DNA from: Pedobacter sp.
GTDB lineage: Bacteria; Desulfobacterota; Desulfuromonadia; Desulfuromonadales; Syntrophotaleaceae
DNA: 64,000 nt
NCBI GenBank assembly: GCA_050253415.1
Contig: JBFWJC010000002.1
Span: forward strand, 544,725 to 608,724
Direction: 5' to 3'
In this document: in pieces, positions 30,106 through 40,037 of the stretch
Layout: each line of letters opens with the position of its first letter
Position numbering within the stretch: the first letter of the stretch is position 1
Notes under the pieces: generated by a model
Told to the model about the DNA's origin: nothing
What the model saw: only the letters and a program-made list of their open reading frames with translations
Databases searched by the model: none
Program-made: the position numbers and the translations under genes

Positions 30106-30456
30106 TTAATTCTCGACGGTAGTATTCGTTGCGGCTCTGCAGGCATGGCAGCGGAAAATATTGTTCTGGTAACATTTTCTCAGCAGGTCTTTTTCAATCT
30201 CACCGTTGCCCATGCAGGTTTCCGGTCCTGCCAGGCCCTGGCATGTGACATGAAACAGCAGCGGCTGGAGAAATTTTTCAAAGGTGACTTGTTGTTTGGC
30301 TGTAAGCAGATTGACGTCACCATCGTGGTCAAGCAGAAAAGTCCCGACTCCCAACACCGTGCGGGGCAGGTATTGTGTCCCGGAGACGGCCTGTTTAATG
30401 TAGTCGGTATCGGTGTTAACCAGAAAGTCGAGAAGGTCCAGGTCTATTTCTTCCAT
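30106..30456 (-). CDS. Hypothetical Cys-rich protein (116 aa)
   Basis: Start MEEIDL with GGAG RBS; C-terminal C..C..C..CHAC. Confidence 0.6.
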   Translation of the reverse strand: MEEIDLDLLDFLVNTDTDYIKQAVSGTQYLPRTVLGVGTFLLDHDGDVNLLTAKQQVTFEKFLQPLLFHVTCQGLAGPETCMGNGEIEKDLLRKCYQNNIFRCHACRAATNTTVEN

Positions 30457-30615
30457 CGTTGTTCTCCAGAAAAGCGTTATCGGTGTGCGGTTTGGGCTAT
30501 TTGCATGGCGTTCGGCCGCATCATGGGGGTAATCGATGCGGAATGCCAGTCTTTTTTTATGACGGCCCGCTGAAACAGCCGTCCGGCAGGCGGTCGTTTC
30601 GCCCTTTGTCAGCAA

Positions 30616-31653
30616 TCACCCTTTGTTCGGTGGTTTGCCAGCAATGCGGATTTCCCAACTGCCGGGTCCGTCCTGCTTGATTTCCACCGCGACATCAAGG
30701 AACGCTTTGATCACCTCGATATTGGTGATGAAGTGTCGGGTTGGTCTCAGTGTGCGAAACGATCCGCCACCGGACAGAGCCATGGGCAGTAAAAGCTGGT
30801 CGGCCAGATAGGTACCGACCGGGACGCCGGCTGCCAGGTACTCCTGAGCGTGTTCGCAGGCCTGTCGGGCCACTTGCTCGGCGGACACCTTGCGTTCTCC
30901 GAAGCCGGTAAAAATTTCGGTTATATACTCGCTGGTGATTTCGATGGACAGGACGTTTCCCGGACTCCGGGTGTCGGTAATTTCCTCGATAAACAGATGT
31001 CCTTCTTCCCAGCCCAGCATATCCCCAACCGTCCGAATTTCCCGCTCCGCGATGTGGCGTGGCAACCTTGCTACCGTAGCGCATGCGCGATAGGCACGAA
31101 TGTCGCCCCGGCGGGGTATGTGGATCGGGTTAAACCAGGGTGCGGGCTCGATATGCACTGCAATTTGCCCGCCTCCGGCCGGGTAGAACCCATGTTTTTT
31201 CAGCACAGCGGTCACCCTTGGCCCCATGCGCCTTATCAGCGGGAGAAAGGTCCGGGCCATAAACTCGAAGGGTGGTGCGAAGGGATTGTGGGTGCCGCCT
31301 TCCAGTAAGAGCTCGGAAGAGCCGGATGCCAGGCAAAGGGCAGGTAAAACGGTTTGCAGCACCAGGGTGCAACTGCCGGCTGTGCCTACGCTGAAGAGGT
31401 AGCGGCCTGCCCGAATGGTTGCAGGGGAAAAAGTCAGTTGCTGGGAACCGAGATGGTCGCCTTCGATTTTAGCAGACCCAACCTTGGCTGCGGCCTGTAC
31501 CGCGGTAAGGTGTTGTCTCATGAGGCCCGGTTTGCTGCGTTGGTGTCGAATTCTATCTATCCGAAAGGGCTTGCCGGTGACCAGCGAGAGAGCCAGGGAC
31601 GTTCGCAGAACCTGGCCGCCCCCTTCGCCTTGGGAACCATCGATAGTAAGCAT
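30616..31653 (-). CDS. rtcA: RNA 3'-terminal phosphate cyclase
   Basis: IDGSQGEGGGQVLRT, RSKPGLMRQH, GGTHNPFAP, GFYPAGGG, YLADQLL, catalytic-region TRHFITN. Confidence 0.93.
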   Translation of the reverse strand: MLTIDGSQGEGGGQVLRTSLALSLVTGKPFRIDRIRHQRSKPGLMRQHLTAVQAAAKVGSAKIEGDHLGSQQLTFSPATIRAGRYLFSVGTAGSCTLVLQTVLPALCLASGSSELLLEGGTHNPFAPPFEFMARTFLPLIRRMGPRVTAVLKKHGFYPAGGGQIAVHIEPAPWFNPIHIPRRGDIRAYRACATVARLPRHIAEREIRTVGDMLGWEEGHLFIEEITDTRSPGNVLSIEITSEYITEIFTGFGERKVSAEQVARQACEHAQEYLAAGVPVGTYLADQLLLPMALSGGGSFRTLRPTRHFITNIEVIKAFLDVAVEIKQDGPGSWEIRIAGKPPNKG

Positions 31654-31833
31654 GCTCAACTCCCGGATGCCTGGCGGCCTTGGTAAGGCAGTCGGTACGC
31701 TGCAAAACTGACGGACATTTTCACAGCATACCGCCATTCTGGAGGGTTGACCATTCTGTTGAGGAGTTTTTCCCCTTTGCCGGATAAGGGGCCTGTGGAC
31801 TTTGCATACGCGGGAGGGACGTCGGCAGGAGGG

Positions 31834-32745
31834 CTACAGTAACTCCGGAGTAAAGGCCACGGCCTCGTCGATGGTAACCGCATCGGTCAGAAGCATCACC
31901 AGCCGGTCGAGTCCCAGGGCGATACCGGCAGCTTCGGGCATGGCGCCCAATTCCTGTAGAAACTTTTCCGGTGATGGGTAGGCTGGTTTGCCGGCACGTT
32001 GTCGTGCTGTTTCTTCGTCGGTAAATCGCTGACGCTGCTCCAACGGATCGGTCAGTTCCGAAAAGGCGTTGGCCAGTTCCAGCCCGGCAATGTAGAGCTC
32101 AAAGCGTTCAGCTACCTGGGGACGTTGCGGATGCCGGCGTGCGAGGGCGGCAAGTTCAGCCGGGTACTCGATAAGAAAAGTCGGCCGCTGAATGCCAAGG
32201 CGGGGCTCGATCTCCAGGGCGATGATTTCGTCGAAGCGGTTTTCGGCCAAGGCCTGTTCCACTGAGAGCGAGCCGAATCGGGCAAAGGCCTGGGCTACCG
32301 TGAGCCGCTCCCAGGGAGGGGCGAGGTCGATGGTCTGCCCCTGGTAATGCAGCTCGCCCTGGGGGAGCAGTGCTGCGAGCAGGGCCTCGCATTGGTCCAT
32401 CAGGGTGTGATAGTCGCAATGAGCGGCGTACCACTCAAGCATGGTGAATTCCGGCAAATGGCGACTGCCACGTTCCTCGGCGCGCCAGCAATGGCAGATC
32501 TGAAACAGGCGCGGATAGCCGGCCGCCAACAAGCGTTTCATGCAAAGCTCGGGGCTGGTATGCAGAAACCAGGCGTCACTTTGCACCGCATCGATGTGCG
32601 CCTCGGGGGCGTTACCGGGCAGCCGGTGCGGGGTTTCGACTTCCAGGAAGTCATTTGAAACGAAAAAGGACCGGATCGCTTGTACGATCCGGGCCCTTTG
32701 TTCAAGTCTGGGGCGCTTTTTCGCCAGCGCCCAGTTGCCTTGCAT
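31834..32745 (-). CDS. epmA: EF-P lysine aminoacylase
   Basis: LHTSPELCMKRLLAAG, HLPEFTMLEWY, ELANAFSEL, GIALGLDRL; directly downstream of efp. Confidence 0.93.
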   Translation of the reverse strand: MQGNWALAKKRPRLEQRARIVQAIRSFFVSNDFLEVETPHRLPGNAPEAHIDAVQSDAWFLHTSPELCMKRLLAAGYPRLFQICHCWRAEERGSRHLPEFTMLEWYAAHCDYHTLMDQCEALLAALLPQGELHYQGQTIDLAPPWERLTVAQAFARFGSLSVEQALAENRFDEIIALEIEPRLGIQRPTFLIEYPAELAALARRHPQRPQVAERFELYIAGLELANAFSELTDPLEQRQRFTDEETARQRAGKPAYPSPEKFLQELGAMPEAAGIALGLDRLVMLLTDAVTIDEAVAFTPELL

Positions 32746-32751
32746 GGTTAT

Positions 32752-33315
32752 TTATTCCTTTACGCGGGTAACGTATTCACCGGTGCGGGTGTCGATCTGA
32801 ATCAGAGTTCCCGCTTCGACAAAAGACGGCACCTGCAGGTTGTAGCCGGTTTCCACGGTAGCCGGTTTATTGTTGCCGGCGGCGGTGTCGCCCTTGACCC
32901 AGGGGTCGGCCATGGTCACGCGCAGGTTGACGAAGTTGGGCAGGGTAATGCCGATGCCGCGGTCGCCGAACATCAGAATCTTGACTTCCATATTGTCGAC
33001 CAGGAAGTACTTCTGGTCACCCAGGGCATCCTCGCCGAGAGTGGTCTGCTCGTAGCTTTTCTGGTCCATGAACACGTACCCGGTTTCGTCCTGATAAAGG
33101 TACTGCATGTCACGTTCATCCAGAGCGGCGGGCTCGAAAGATTCACCGGAACGATAGGTGCGATCGAACAGGGAGCCGGTAATCATGTTACGCAGCTTGC
33201 ACTTGTAAAGGGCCTGGCCTTTGCCCGGCTTGGTGAAGTCGAACTGAACGATGACGTGGGGTTCGCCGTCGATCATCAGTTTGGAGCCTTTGCGCAGGTC
33301 GGAACAGTTCAGCAT
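32752..33315 (-). CDS. efp: Elongation factor P
   Basis: KPGKGQA loop, GDTA, ETG, IDTRTGEYVTR. Confidence 0.96.
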   Translation of the reverse strand: MLNCSDLRKGSKLMIDGEPHVIVQFDFTKPGKGQALYKCKLRNMITGSLFDRTYRSGESFEPAALDERDMQYLYQDETGYVFMDQKSYEQTTLGEDALGDQKYFLVDNMEVKILMFGDRGIGITLPNFVNLRVTMADPWVKGDTAAGNNKPATVETGYNLQVPSFVEAGTLIQIDTRTGEYVTRVKE

Positions 33316-33586
33316 GGTGCTTATCTCCTCAAAAATTTATAAGCCGTGAGAACGGCGGATCATCCAAACACGGTATTAAAGCACAGGAAAATGGCTGTTG
33401 TCATGGAAAAAGTGGTTTCAGATGCGGATCTTCAGGCTTATCCAAAAACTGGGGCGGGGTTTCGTGACAGTGAAATTGATGCCATAAAACAATTGGTTAG
33501 CAAATTTTTAGCCCATTGGTTACGACCTTGGCTGTATAATAGTGAGGTAAATTCATATGCAAACACCGAAGTCAAAGGAGTCTGTT

Positions 33587-34165
33587 ATGAAAGCACAAAT
33601 GACTTGCATCAACGGCGTAGACGTTGAGCAATTGCGACAAAATATCACCAATATTCAAAAAGATCCCTCTCTGGCACGCTGCCAGTTCCGCGCCACCAAT
33701 CGCTGGCAAGGCGGAGGTTACTCCCAAACGGTTATTCATGATTTCCATGGTGCCGGACAGGAGATTGAGCACAGGAACGATTTCAGAATGGATGCGGATG
33801 AACCGCCGCTTTTGCTGGGAGAGGATATCGGTGCCAACCCTGTTGAATATGTGCTGACAGCCTTGTCCGCTTGTTTGACCACCTCGCTGGTCTATCATGC
33901 CGCGGCCCAGGGTATCACTGTGCACGAAGTCGAATCGGACCTCGAAGGCGACCTGGATCTGCGCGGATTTTTAGGATTGTCCGATACGGTCCGCAACGGG
34001 TATGAGCATATCCGGGTTAATTTCCGCATCAAAGCCGATGCGCCTCAGGAAAAAATCGATGAACTCATTCACCTGGCGCAGAAGCGTTCCCCGGTATTTG
34101 ATGTCGTTACCAATCCAATTCGGGTCACCGTCAAAGGGGAAAAAATGATGGAAACCGCCCACTGA
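33587..34165 (+). CDS. OsmC-family protein
   Basis: ADEPPLLLGEDIGANPVEYVL, LEGDLDLRGFLGL, RSPVFD; AAGGAG RBS. Confidence 0.88.
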   Translation: MKAQMTCINGVDVEQLRQNITNIQKDPSLARCQFRATNRWQGGGYSQTVIHDFHGAGQEIEHRNDFRMDADEPPLLLGEDIGANPVEYVLTALSACLTTSLVYHAAAQGITVHEVESDLEGDLDLRGFLGLSDTVRNGYEHIRVNFRIKADAPQEKIDELIHLAQKRSPVFDVVTNPIRVTVKGEKMMETAH

Positions 34166-34240
34166 CGGCCATTGTCTTTACCATTGAAAGTCCATGCCGG
34201 AAGTGTTTCCGGTATGCGGACAAGGGGAAGGGGATAAAAA

Positions 34241-34282
34241 AACAGCAGGGCTTGTGGAGATAGATTCACAAGCCCTGCTGTT
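34241..34282. terminator. Terminator between convergent osmC-like gene and mscL
   Basis: aacagcagggcttgtg-ga...ttcacaagccctgctgtt with an upstream A tract. Confidence 0.8.
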
Positions 34283-34306
34283 GTCTTGGTGGTTGTAATC
34301 GTGGCA

Positions 34307-34711
34307 TTAACCTTTTTGCTTGAGCAGGTCCCTGATTTCTTCGAGCAGGATTTCTTCCTTGGACGGAGGGGTCGGGGGCGCCGGTTTGGCTTCCTCTTTT
34401 TTACGCAAAGCGTTAATGGCTTTGATCAGCAGGAAAATAGCGAAAGCGATGATCAGGAAATCGCACAGGGTCTGGAGAAACATCCCGTAGTTCAGGGTGA
34501 CGGCAGGCACGGTTTCCGTTGCCTGTTGCAGGGTGAAAGAGAAAGCTTTGAAGTCCATGCCACCCAGCAGCATTCCCAGGGGCGGCATGATGACATCCGC
34601 CACCAGGGATGAGATGATCTTTCCGAAAGCGGCGCCGATGATGATACCGACGGCCATGTCCACCATGTTCCCTTTTACGGCAAAGGTTTTGAACTCTTGC
34701 AATATGCTCAT
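34307..34711 (-). CDS. mscL: Large-conductance mechanosensitive channel
   Basis: [27 protein letters not shown]...LLEEIRDLL. Confidence 0.96.
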   Translation of the reverse strand: MSILQEFKTFAVKGNMVDMAVGIIIGAAFGKIISSLVADVIMPPLGMLLGGMDFKAFSFTLQQATETVPAVTLNYGMFLQTLCDFLIIAFAIFLLIKAINALRKKEEAKPAPPTPPSKEEILLEEIRDLLKQKG

Positions 34712-35012
34712 TCTGTGTCCTCCTTTACTGGGCGCTGGATCATAACCAGCCGATAAGATGAAAAAAACCAAATATGAAATTCAAGGTTATATATATCATA
34801 GTTTCCGGCTTGAATGTATAGAGTAAGTTAATGACAAATGGGGATCTTCATCCTCTGGTTGAACTCTGATAGGTTGCGCTGCCAGTGTATATGCCGTATA
34901 GAAGGGGTGACATGCCTGGAATGCCAGGCGACAATGACCGTGCTGTGCGGAAATTCTGATTTTAACAATCCCTGCCGCAGATGATGGGGCAAGGTTTTAT
35001 AAAGGCTGGTCT

Positions 35013-36785
35013 ATGAATCTAACCCTTGTTTCCATGCATATTGAACCCTCATCGCGGGCTGTACCTTTGGCCACGGGGATGTTGGCCGCCAGTCTTTACC
35101 AGGCTTTTCCTGTTGGCCTGACAACCCACCTGGTCGATTGTTATCTTGGGCAGGGTGTCGCCGCATGCGCGGAGGAGGTGTTGCGGCAAGCGCCCGATGT
35201 GGTTGGCTTGTCCATGTATGTCTGGAATCGCGAACCCATGCTGTCGCTGGCTGCGGATCTGAAGAGGCAGCGTCCGCACCTGGTAATCTTTGCCGGCGGC
35301 CCGGAAGTGACGGCGAACCCGGCCGGTATTGTGCAGCATGCCGCCATCGATTTCGTATTGCCGGGAGAGGGTGAAAGCATCGTGGTCGAAGCCATGCAGT
35401 TACTGTTGGCGGACTGCCCGCCTGCTCATATCGGCGATCGGGTTCATGCTGCACCGGTGACGGACCTGTCGTGTTTGCCATCCCCCTATCTGACGGGGCT
35501 GCTGCCGCCGGACCAGTATCCCGGCCTTCTGTGGGAGTTGTCGCGAGGGTGCCCGTTTCGCTGTGATTTCTGTTTTGAATCGCGCGGCAGCGACAAAGTG
35601 CGACGGTTTTCCCTGGATCGTCTGCGGGCCGAGTTGGAGTTGTTCGCGTCCAGCGGCGTCCAGCAGTTATTTGTCCTCGATCCGACCTTCAATTACAACC
35701 CCACCCATGCCAAGCAGTTGTTGCGCATGATGGCTGAGGTGGCACCGGAGATTCACTATACCATCGAGGTGCGTGCAGAGTTTATCGACGAGGAAATGGC
35801 GGGGTTATTCGCCGGCATCAACTGTGCCTTGCAGATCGGTCTCCAGAGTGCCGACCCCACGGTCTTGGCCAAGGTAAACCGCACCCTTGACCCGGATGAT
35901 TTTGTCGAGCGTATTCTGTTGTTGCATGAGGCCGGGGTGGTCTATGGTTTCGACCTTATCTATGGCTTGCCGGATGACCATCTCCAAGGTTTTCTCGACA
36001 GTCTCGACTTTGCTCTAGGCTTGCGGCCCAACCATCTGGATATCTTTCCCCTTGCCGTGCTGCCCGGCACGCGTCTGGCGGAGACCGCGGGTCATTTCGA
36101 CTTGCAGCACCAGGCTCATGCTCCTTACACGCTGATATCCTCGCCAACGTTCAGTGCCGGCGATATGCAACGGGCAGGGTCTATCGCCAGAGCCTGCGAC
36201 CTGTTTTACAATCGCGGACGGGCGGTGCCCTGGTTCGACTTGATGCTGGATAACCTGGAGATCACGCCGGTGCAATTCTTTACCTTGCTGGCTGATCAGT
36301 TGCCCGAGGCGGAGCTTGTTGGGGTGGAGATCATAGCCTGGCAGCAGCAGGTTCTGGCCGGCATGTTTCAGGCCCAGGACAAATTGGTGGCCGCGTCCCT
36401 GGCCGTGGATGTTGTCGCCTGGTTTGGCTATTCATCCGCCTTGCTTTGCGGAGAACTTGGTGAGGACGGGGTGCCCCGGGAGACGGGCCGGTTGTATCTG
36501 ACTCCGCACAGTTGTTTCGTATCTTTCGGCAGGGACCCTGAGGCCTTGTTGGAAAAGCTGGAAATGGGCGTTGTCGACCTCGAGGTGGTGGCGATGCTGG
36601 TTCCCGAAGCCCCTTGCGAGGTGATGCTTTACCTGCACGAAGGGAGTGTCGCCCTGGGTGTTTTTACGTCGGATGAGCTTACCTGGCTCAAAAGTCTTGG
36701 CAAGGGAGGCGTTCGCCCGACAGCCAGCGTGCTGGCCGAGTTCTGTGATGCCGCCGTGGCCGAAGGCCTGGTGGTTAAGTCCTGA
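35013..36785 (+). CDS. Cobalamin-binding-domain radical SAM protein
   Basis: GLSMYVWN, AGGPEVT, ELSRGCPFRCDFC, IGLQS, DLIYGLP. Confidence 0.85.
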   Translation: MNLTLVSMHIEPSSRAVPLATGMLAASLYQAFPVGLTTHLVDCYLGQGVAACAEEVLRQAPDVVGLSMYVWNREPMLSLAADLKRQRPHLVIFAGGPEVTANPAGIVQHAAIDFVLPGEGESIVVEAMQLLLADCPPAHIGDRVHAAPVTDLSCLPSPYLTGLLPPDQYPGLLWELSRGCPFRCDFCFESRGSDKVRRFSLDRLRAELELFASSGVQQLFVLDPTFNYNPTHAKQLLRMMAEVAPEIHYTIEVRAEFIDEEMAGLFAGINCALQIGLQSADPTVLAKVNRTLDPDDFVERILLLHEAGVVYGFDLIYGLPDDHLQGFLDSLDFALGLRPNHLDIFPLAVLPGTRLAETAGHFDLQHQAHAPYTLISSPTFSAGDMQRAGSIARACDLFYNRGRAVPWFDLMLDNLEITPVQFFTLLADQLPEAELVGVEIIAWQQQVLAGMFQAQDKLVAASLAVDVVAWFGYSSALLCGELGEDGVPRETGRLYLTPHSCFVSFGRDPEALLEKLEMGVVDLEVVAMLVPEAPCEVMLYLHEGSVALGVFTSDELTWLKSLGKGGVRPTASVLAEFCDAAVAEGLVVKS

Positions 36786-36796
36786 AACGGGGTATG

Positions 36797-37522
36797 TCAG
36801 GCCCGCTTGACCCTATCCAGGTAGTTACGGGTTTCTTCAGGCAAGCGGTCCAGACCATGGCGGTCGACGTTGCCCATGCCCCAGTTGTAAGCGGCCAGAG
36901 CGTGATCCAGGTCGCCGTCATAGCGATCGAGCAACTGGCGCAGGTAACGGGTGCCGGCCATAATATTCTGTTCCGGATCAAAGGGATCGGTGACCCCCAG
37001 TTCCGCTGCGGTTCCCGGCATGAGTTGCATCAGACCCTGGGCGCCCACGGGCGAAACCGCACGGGGGTCAAAAGCGCTCTCGGTGCGGATTACCGAACGG
37101 ATCAGGCCGGGAGCGACGCCATGATCAGAGGCGGCCTGATTTATGATCCGGTCGATTTCCGGGGATTGGTTTTGCGGAGTTGCCGGCAACAAGGATTTTG
37201 TCTTTGTCAATTCACCGCCAATTGCCGGGTAGTTGTCAAAATTCCGCCTGTCGGCCAACCCGTGCCGATTGTCACCCCCGGCCATTGGCAAAGCGTCCAG
37301 CATCGTATTCAGGTCGGTATCCTCCGACTCCTCAAACAGGCTGCGGGCCAGTTTCAATTGGCACATATGCATCTGCAGCCGAGCCTGTCGGACCGCTGAA
37401 GCTTGCGGCGATTGCTCGGCCAGAATATTTTGCAACTGATCCTCAAAACCGCTTGAAGGTTTTTTGTCAGCGGTCGGACGGAGAGGGGTCGGCGAACCGA
37501 TCGATTCAATTTTAATGCTCAT
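36797..37522 (-). CDS. Lytic transglycosylase (SLT domain)
   Basis: IRTESAFDPRAVSPVGAQGLMQLMP, ALAAYNWG, ETRNY; GGAGG RBS. Confidence 0.9.
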   Translation of the reverse strand: MSIKIESIGSPTPLRPTADKKPSSGFEDQLQNILAEQSPQASAVRQARLQMHMCQLKLARSLFEESEDTDLNTMLDALPMAGGDNRHGLADRRNFDNYPAIGGELTKTKSLLPATPQNQSPEIDRIINQAASDHGVAPGLIRSVIRTESAFDPRAVSPVGAQGLMQLMPGTAAELGVTDPFDPEQNIMAGTRYLRQLLDRYDGDLDHALAAYNWGMGNVDRHGLDRLPEETRNYLDRVKRA

Positions 37523-37564
37523 GACGACCTCCGGGGGCGAATATGCATATAAGGGGAGATGTTT

Positions 37565-37581
37565 TGCAGCTTGTGTGCCGA
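37565..37581 (-). promoter_or_regulatory. Candidate sigma-54 promoter for the SLT gene
   Basis: Minus strand tcGGcacacaagctGCa, with GG-N10-GC spacing. Confidence 0.45.
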
Positions 37582-37630
37582 GGTTGTGGTTCGTTCTGCA
37601 AATATTTAAATTCAAGCCTTGGAGGGTGTT

Positions 37631-37984
37631 ATGGAGCGCGAAGACCGTCGACGTGGCCCCGATGTCTGGGCGCGTTCATTACGTTATCTGGCCTTGGTCG
37701 GTTGGGCGGTGTTGGTCGCCTGTTTTTTTGTATTCGGTCGGGCTAAACCTCAAGTCGAAACCTTTATTGATCGTTATTACGAAATTCACGTAAGACAGTA
37801 TTGGGACATGGCATGGGTGCGTCCCTTGCTGTGGTTACTGGTGGCGGGGCTTGTCGTGGGACTTTCAGGCCTGGTTGTCAACAGTTGCCGACATCGGCGT
37901 CGCACCGATGCGTGGCGTATCTCTCTCGTGGTGCTGGCCGGGACTTGCCTGGTTGGGATCCTGTCGTTGCTCTACGCGTTCTGA
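37631..37984 (+). CDS. Small three-TM membrane protein
   Basis: EDRRRGPD N-terminus, three hydrophobic segments, GGAGG RBS. Confidence 0.7.
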   Translation: MEREDRRRGPDVWARSLRYLALVGWAVLVACFFVFGRAKPQVETFIDRYYEIHVRQYWDMAWVRPLLWLLVAGLVVGLSGLVVNSCRHRRRTDAWRISLVVLAGTCLVGILSLLYAF

Positions 37985-38077
37985 ACTCATCGGGATCGTC
38001 TCCAGTCGCTGCCACATAGCTTCGCATTTCCCGTGTTCAGGGTGAGTATTTGTTTTTGGGGTTGTCAGGACGGTTTG

Positions 38078-39244
38078 TCAAGGCTCTAAAACCGGCGGAA
38101 TGGTGGTCTCGGAGACTGTTTCCCTTTCGGAAGGAATAAGCTCAAATACAGTAATCTCCGGAGGCGCGCCGATGCGCATGGGAGGCCCCCAGCTACCGGT
38201 GCCGCGGCTGGCATAGAGAACGCCGCCACCGGGCAGTTGGTAAAGGCCGTTTTGCATGGGGTAGGCGAGGTGCGTAAGGAGATTGAAGGGGAAGATCTGG
38301 CCGCGGTGGGCATGCCCGGACAGCTGCAGGTCAAATAAACCGATATGTTCCGGAGTGACAACCGGACGGTGCTTGAGAAGAATTTTGAAGCGTTTTGCCT
38401 CTTGTCCAATCAAGGGAAGATAAGCGTCTCGGCCATGACCCGCTGCAGGGTCGTCCACGCCGGCGAGCAGTAAAAGATCACCGATGGGCACGGCCTTGTT
38501 GCGCAGCAGTGTGAAGCCGCTGCGCTGCAGAAAATCGAGGGAAGTTTGCAATCCGGCATAAACTTCGTGGTTGCCGGTGACGGCAAATTTCCCCAAGGGC
38601 GGATCGATGCTGCGCCACATGTCGGACAGGCCATTAAGGTGGTCTATCTGCGCATCGACCATGTCGCCGGTGACGACCAGCAGATCCGGTTGCAGTCGCT
38701 GCAGGATGGTTATAACCGGGGCCAGCGCTTTTTCCCGGTGTATAAGCCCAAGGTGCAGGTCCGAAACTTGTGCCAGGCGTATCGGAGGGGTGCCGGGAGG
38801 CAGTTTGTTGGACATCAGGATAATACGTTCCACACGCATGTAGGCGGCTTCGTAAAATCCATACATGCCCATGCCCAGGGTGCAAACGACAATGATTATG
38901 GCGCAGGTCGGGCTGCGGACGGTCAGGCGCGGCAGGGTTGGTTTAAAGCTATGCAGAGTGAATGCAAACAGATCCCAACACAGTAATGGAAGCAGCATGC
39001 TGAAGGCGAGAAACGCCAAGCCCATCCAGCTGTAGCTGATCCAGGCCAGGTAACGGGCGACCTCGGGATAGCCATGGCGATCGAGTAGCCGGACCGCTAC
39101 CGGGGCGACGACCATCATCCCCATCCATACCCGGCTTGTCATGGGCAGGTATCGCTTGCCACTCAGAAGAGGCTTGATCCCCCAGTAGACCAAGGCATGC
39201 ATGGCGCCATACAGACACATGAAAGTCAGGACAAACCAGATCAT
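38078..39244 (-). CDS. Membrane-bound metallophosphoesterase
   Basis: SDLHLG, TGDMVD, TGNHE, LKHRP, SGHAHRGQ. Confidence 0.9.
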   Translation of the reverse strand: MIWFVLTFMCLYGAMHALVYWGIKPLLSGKRYLPMTSRVWMGMMVVAPVAVRLLDRHGYPEVARYLAWISYSWMGLAFLAFSMLLPLLCWDLFAFTLHSFKPTLPRLTVRSPTCAIIIVVCTLGMGMYGFYEAAYMRVERIILMSNKLPPGTPPIRLAQVSDLHLGLIHREKALAPVITILQRLQPDLLVVTGDMVDAQIDHLNGLSDMWRSIDPPLGKFAVTGNHEVYAGLQTSLDFLQRSGFTLLRNKAVPIGDLLLLAGVDDPAAGHGRDAYLPLIGQEAKRFKILLKHRPVVTPEHIGLFDLQLSGHAHRGQIFPFNLLTHLAYPMQNGLYQLPGGGVLYASRGTGSWGPPMRIGAPPEITVFELIPSERETVSETTIPPVLEP

Positions 39245-39350
39245 GCGTACCTCCCTTTACCCCTTTGTCATGGTCATCTCAGGGCAAAGTCGTGATCGTC
39301 ATGCAGCCTCGATGCGCTGCTTGAGTCAAAACCTGAATGCCAGCCTGGAC

Positions 39351-39710
39351 TTATTTCTGGAAAAACAGGTAGCCGGCAAGACCGAGCAGAACCAGGGCGA
39401 ATACCCTTTTGAAACTCGCCGTCGATACATGCTCCAGCATGCGGGCGCCGAGTTGTGCGCCCAGTATCCCGCCACCGCCGAGTAACAAACCGACCCGATA
39501 ATCGACATTGGCCAGTTTGTTGTGGGCCAGCAATGCCGATATGGAAATGATCAGGATGGCGAGAAACGAAGTCCCCACTGCTTTTTGGGCCGGATATCCG
39601 AGAAACAGAAGCAGTGGGATCATCAAAAAGCCGCCACCAAGGCCGGTGAACGAAGCCCCGATGCCGACCAGAATGCCGAGCAGCCCCAGCCAGAAAAATT
39701 GAAAAGTCAT
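39351..39710 (-). CDS. Half-size TauE/SafE (sulfite exporter family) protein
   Basis: GLGGGFLMIPLL, AVGTS, GILGAQLGA; single repeat. Confidence 0.85.
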   Translation of the reverse strand: MTFQFFWLGLLGILVGIGASFTGLGGGFLMIPLLLFLGYPAQKAVGTSFLAILIISISALLAHNKLANVDYRVGLLLGGGGILGAQLGARMLEHVSTASFKRVFALVLLGLAGYLFFQK

Positions 39711-39724
39711 GGTCGATGTCCCGG

Positions 39725-40006
39725 CTATTCGACTTGTCGCGGGTGCCAGTTTTCATCGACCACGGATACCCGGCCAAGAAAACCGTAGGAAACCATGGTC
39801 ATTTTGATGGTGTCCTTGGTAACGGATGCGACCAGAAAATTGCTGAAGTCCAGATCGCCAAAACGTTCGGCATCCTGTTCTTCGGTATAATATTGCGGAT
39901 CCTGCAACATGTCGTTAATGGCATCCTTGTGGGCGCTGAAATCGGGGGTGGTGTAGGCGGCGTATCCGACGCCTGCCGCGATGATCAGCATCAGAAGTTT
40001 TTTCAT
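39725..40006 (-). CDS. Small exported hypothetical protein
   Basis: Signal/anchor MKKLLMLIIAAG; GGAG RBS; co-oriented in an operon. Confidence 0.65.
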   Translation of the reverse strand: MKKLLMLIIAAGVGYAAYTTPDFSAHKDAINDMLQDPQYYTEEQDAERFGDLDFSNFLVASVTKDTIKMTMVSYGFLGRVSVVDENWHPRQVE

Positions 40007-40037
40007 GGTTTTTCCTCCCTTTTAAAAATGACAACAA

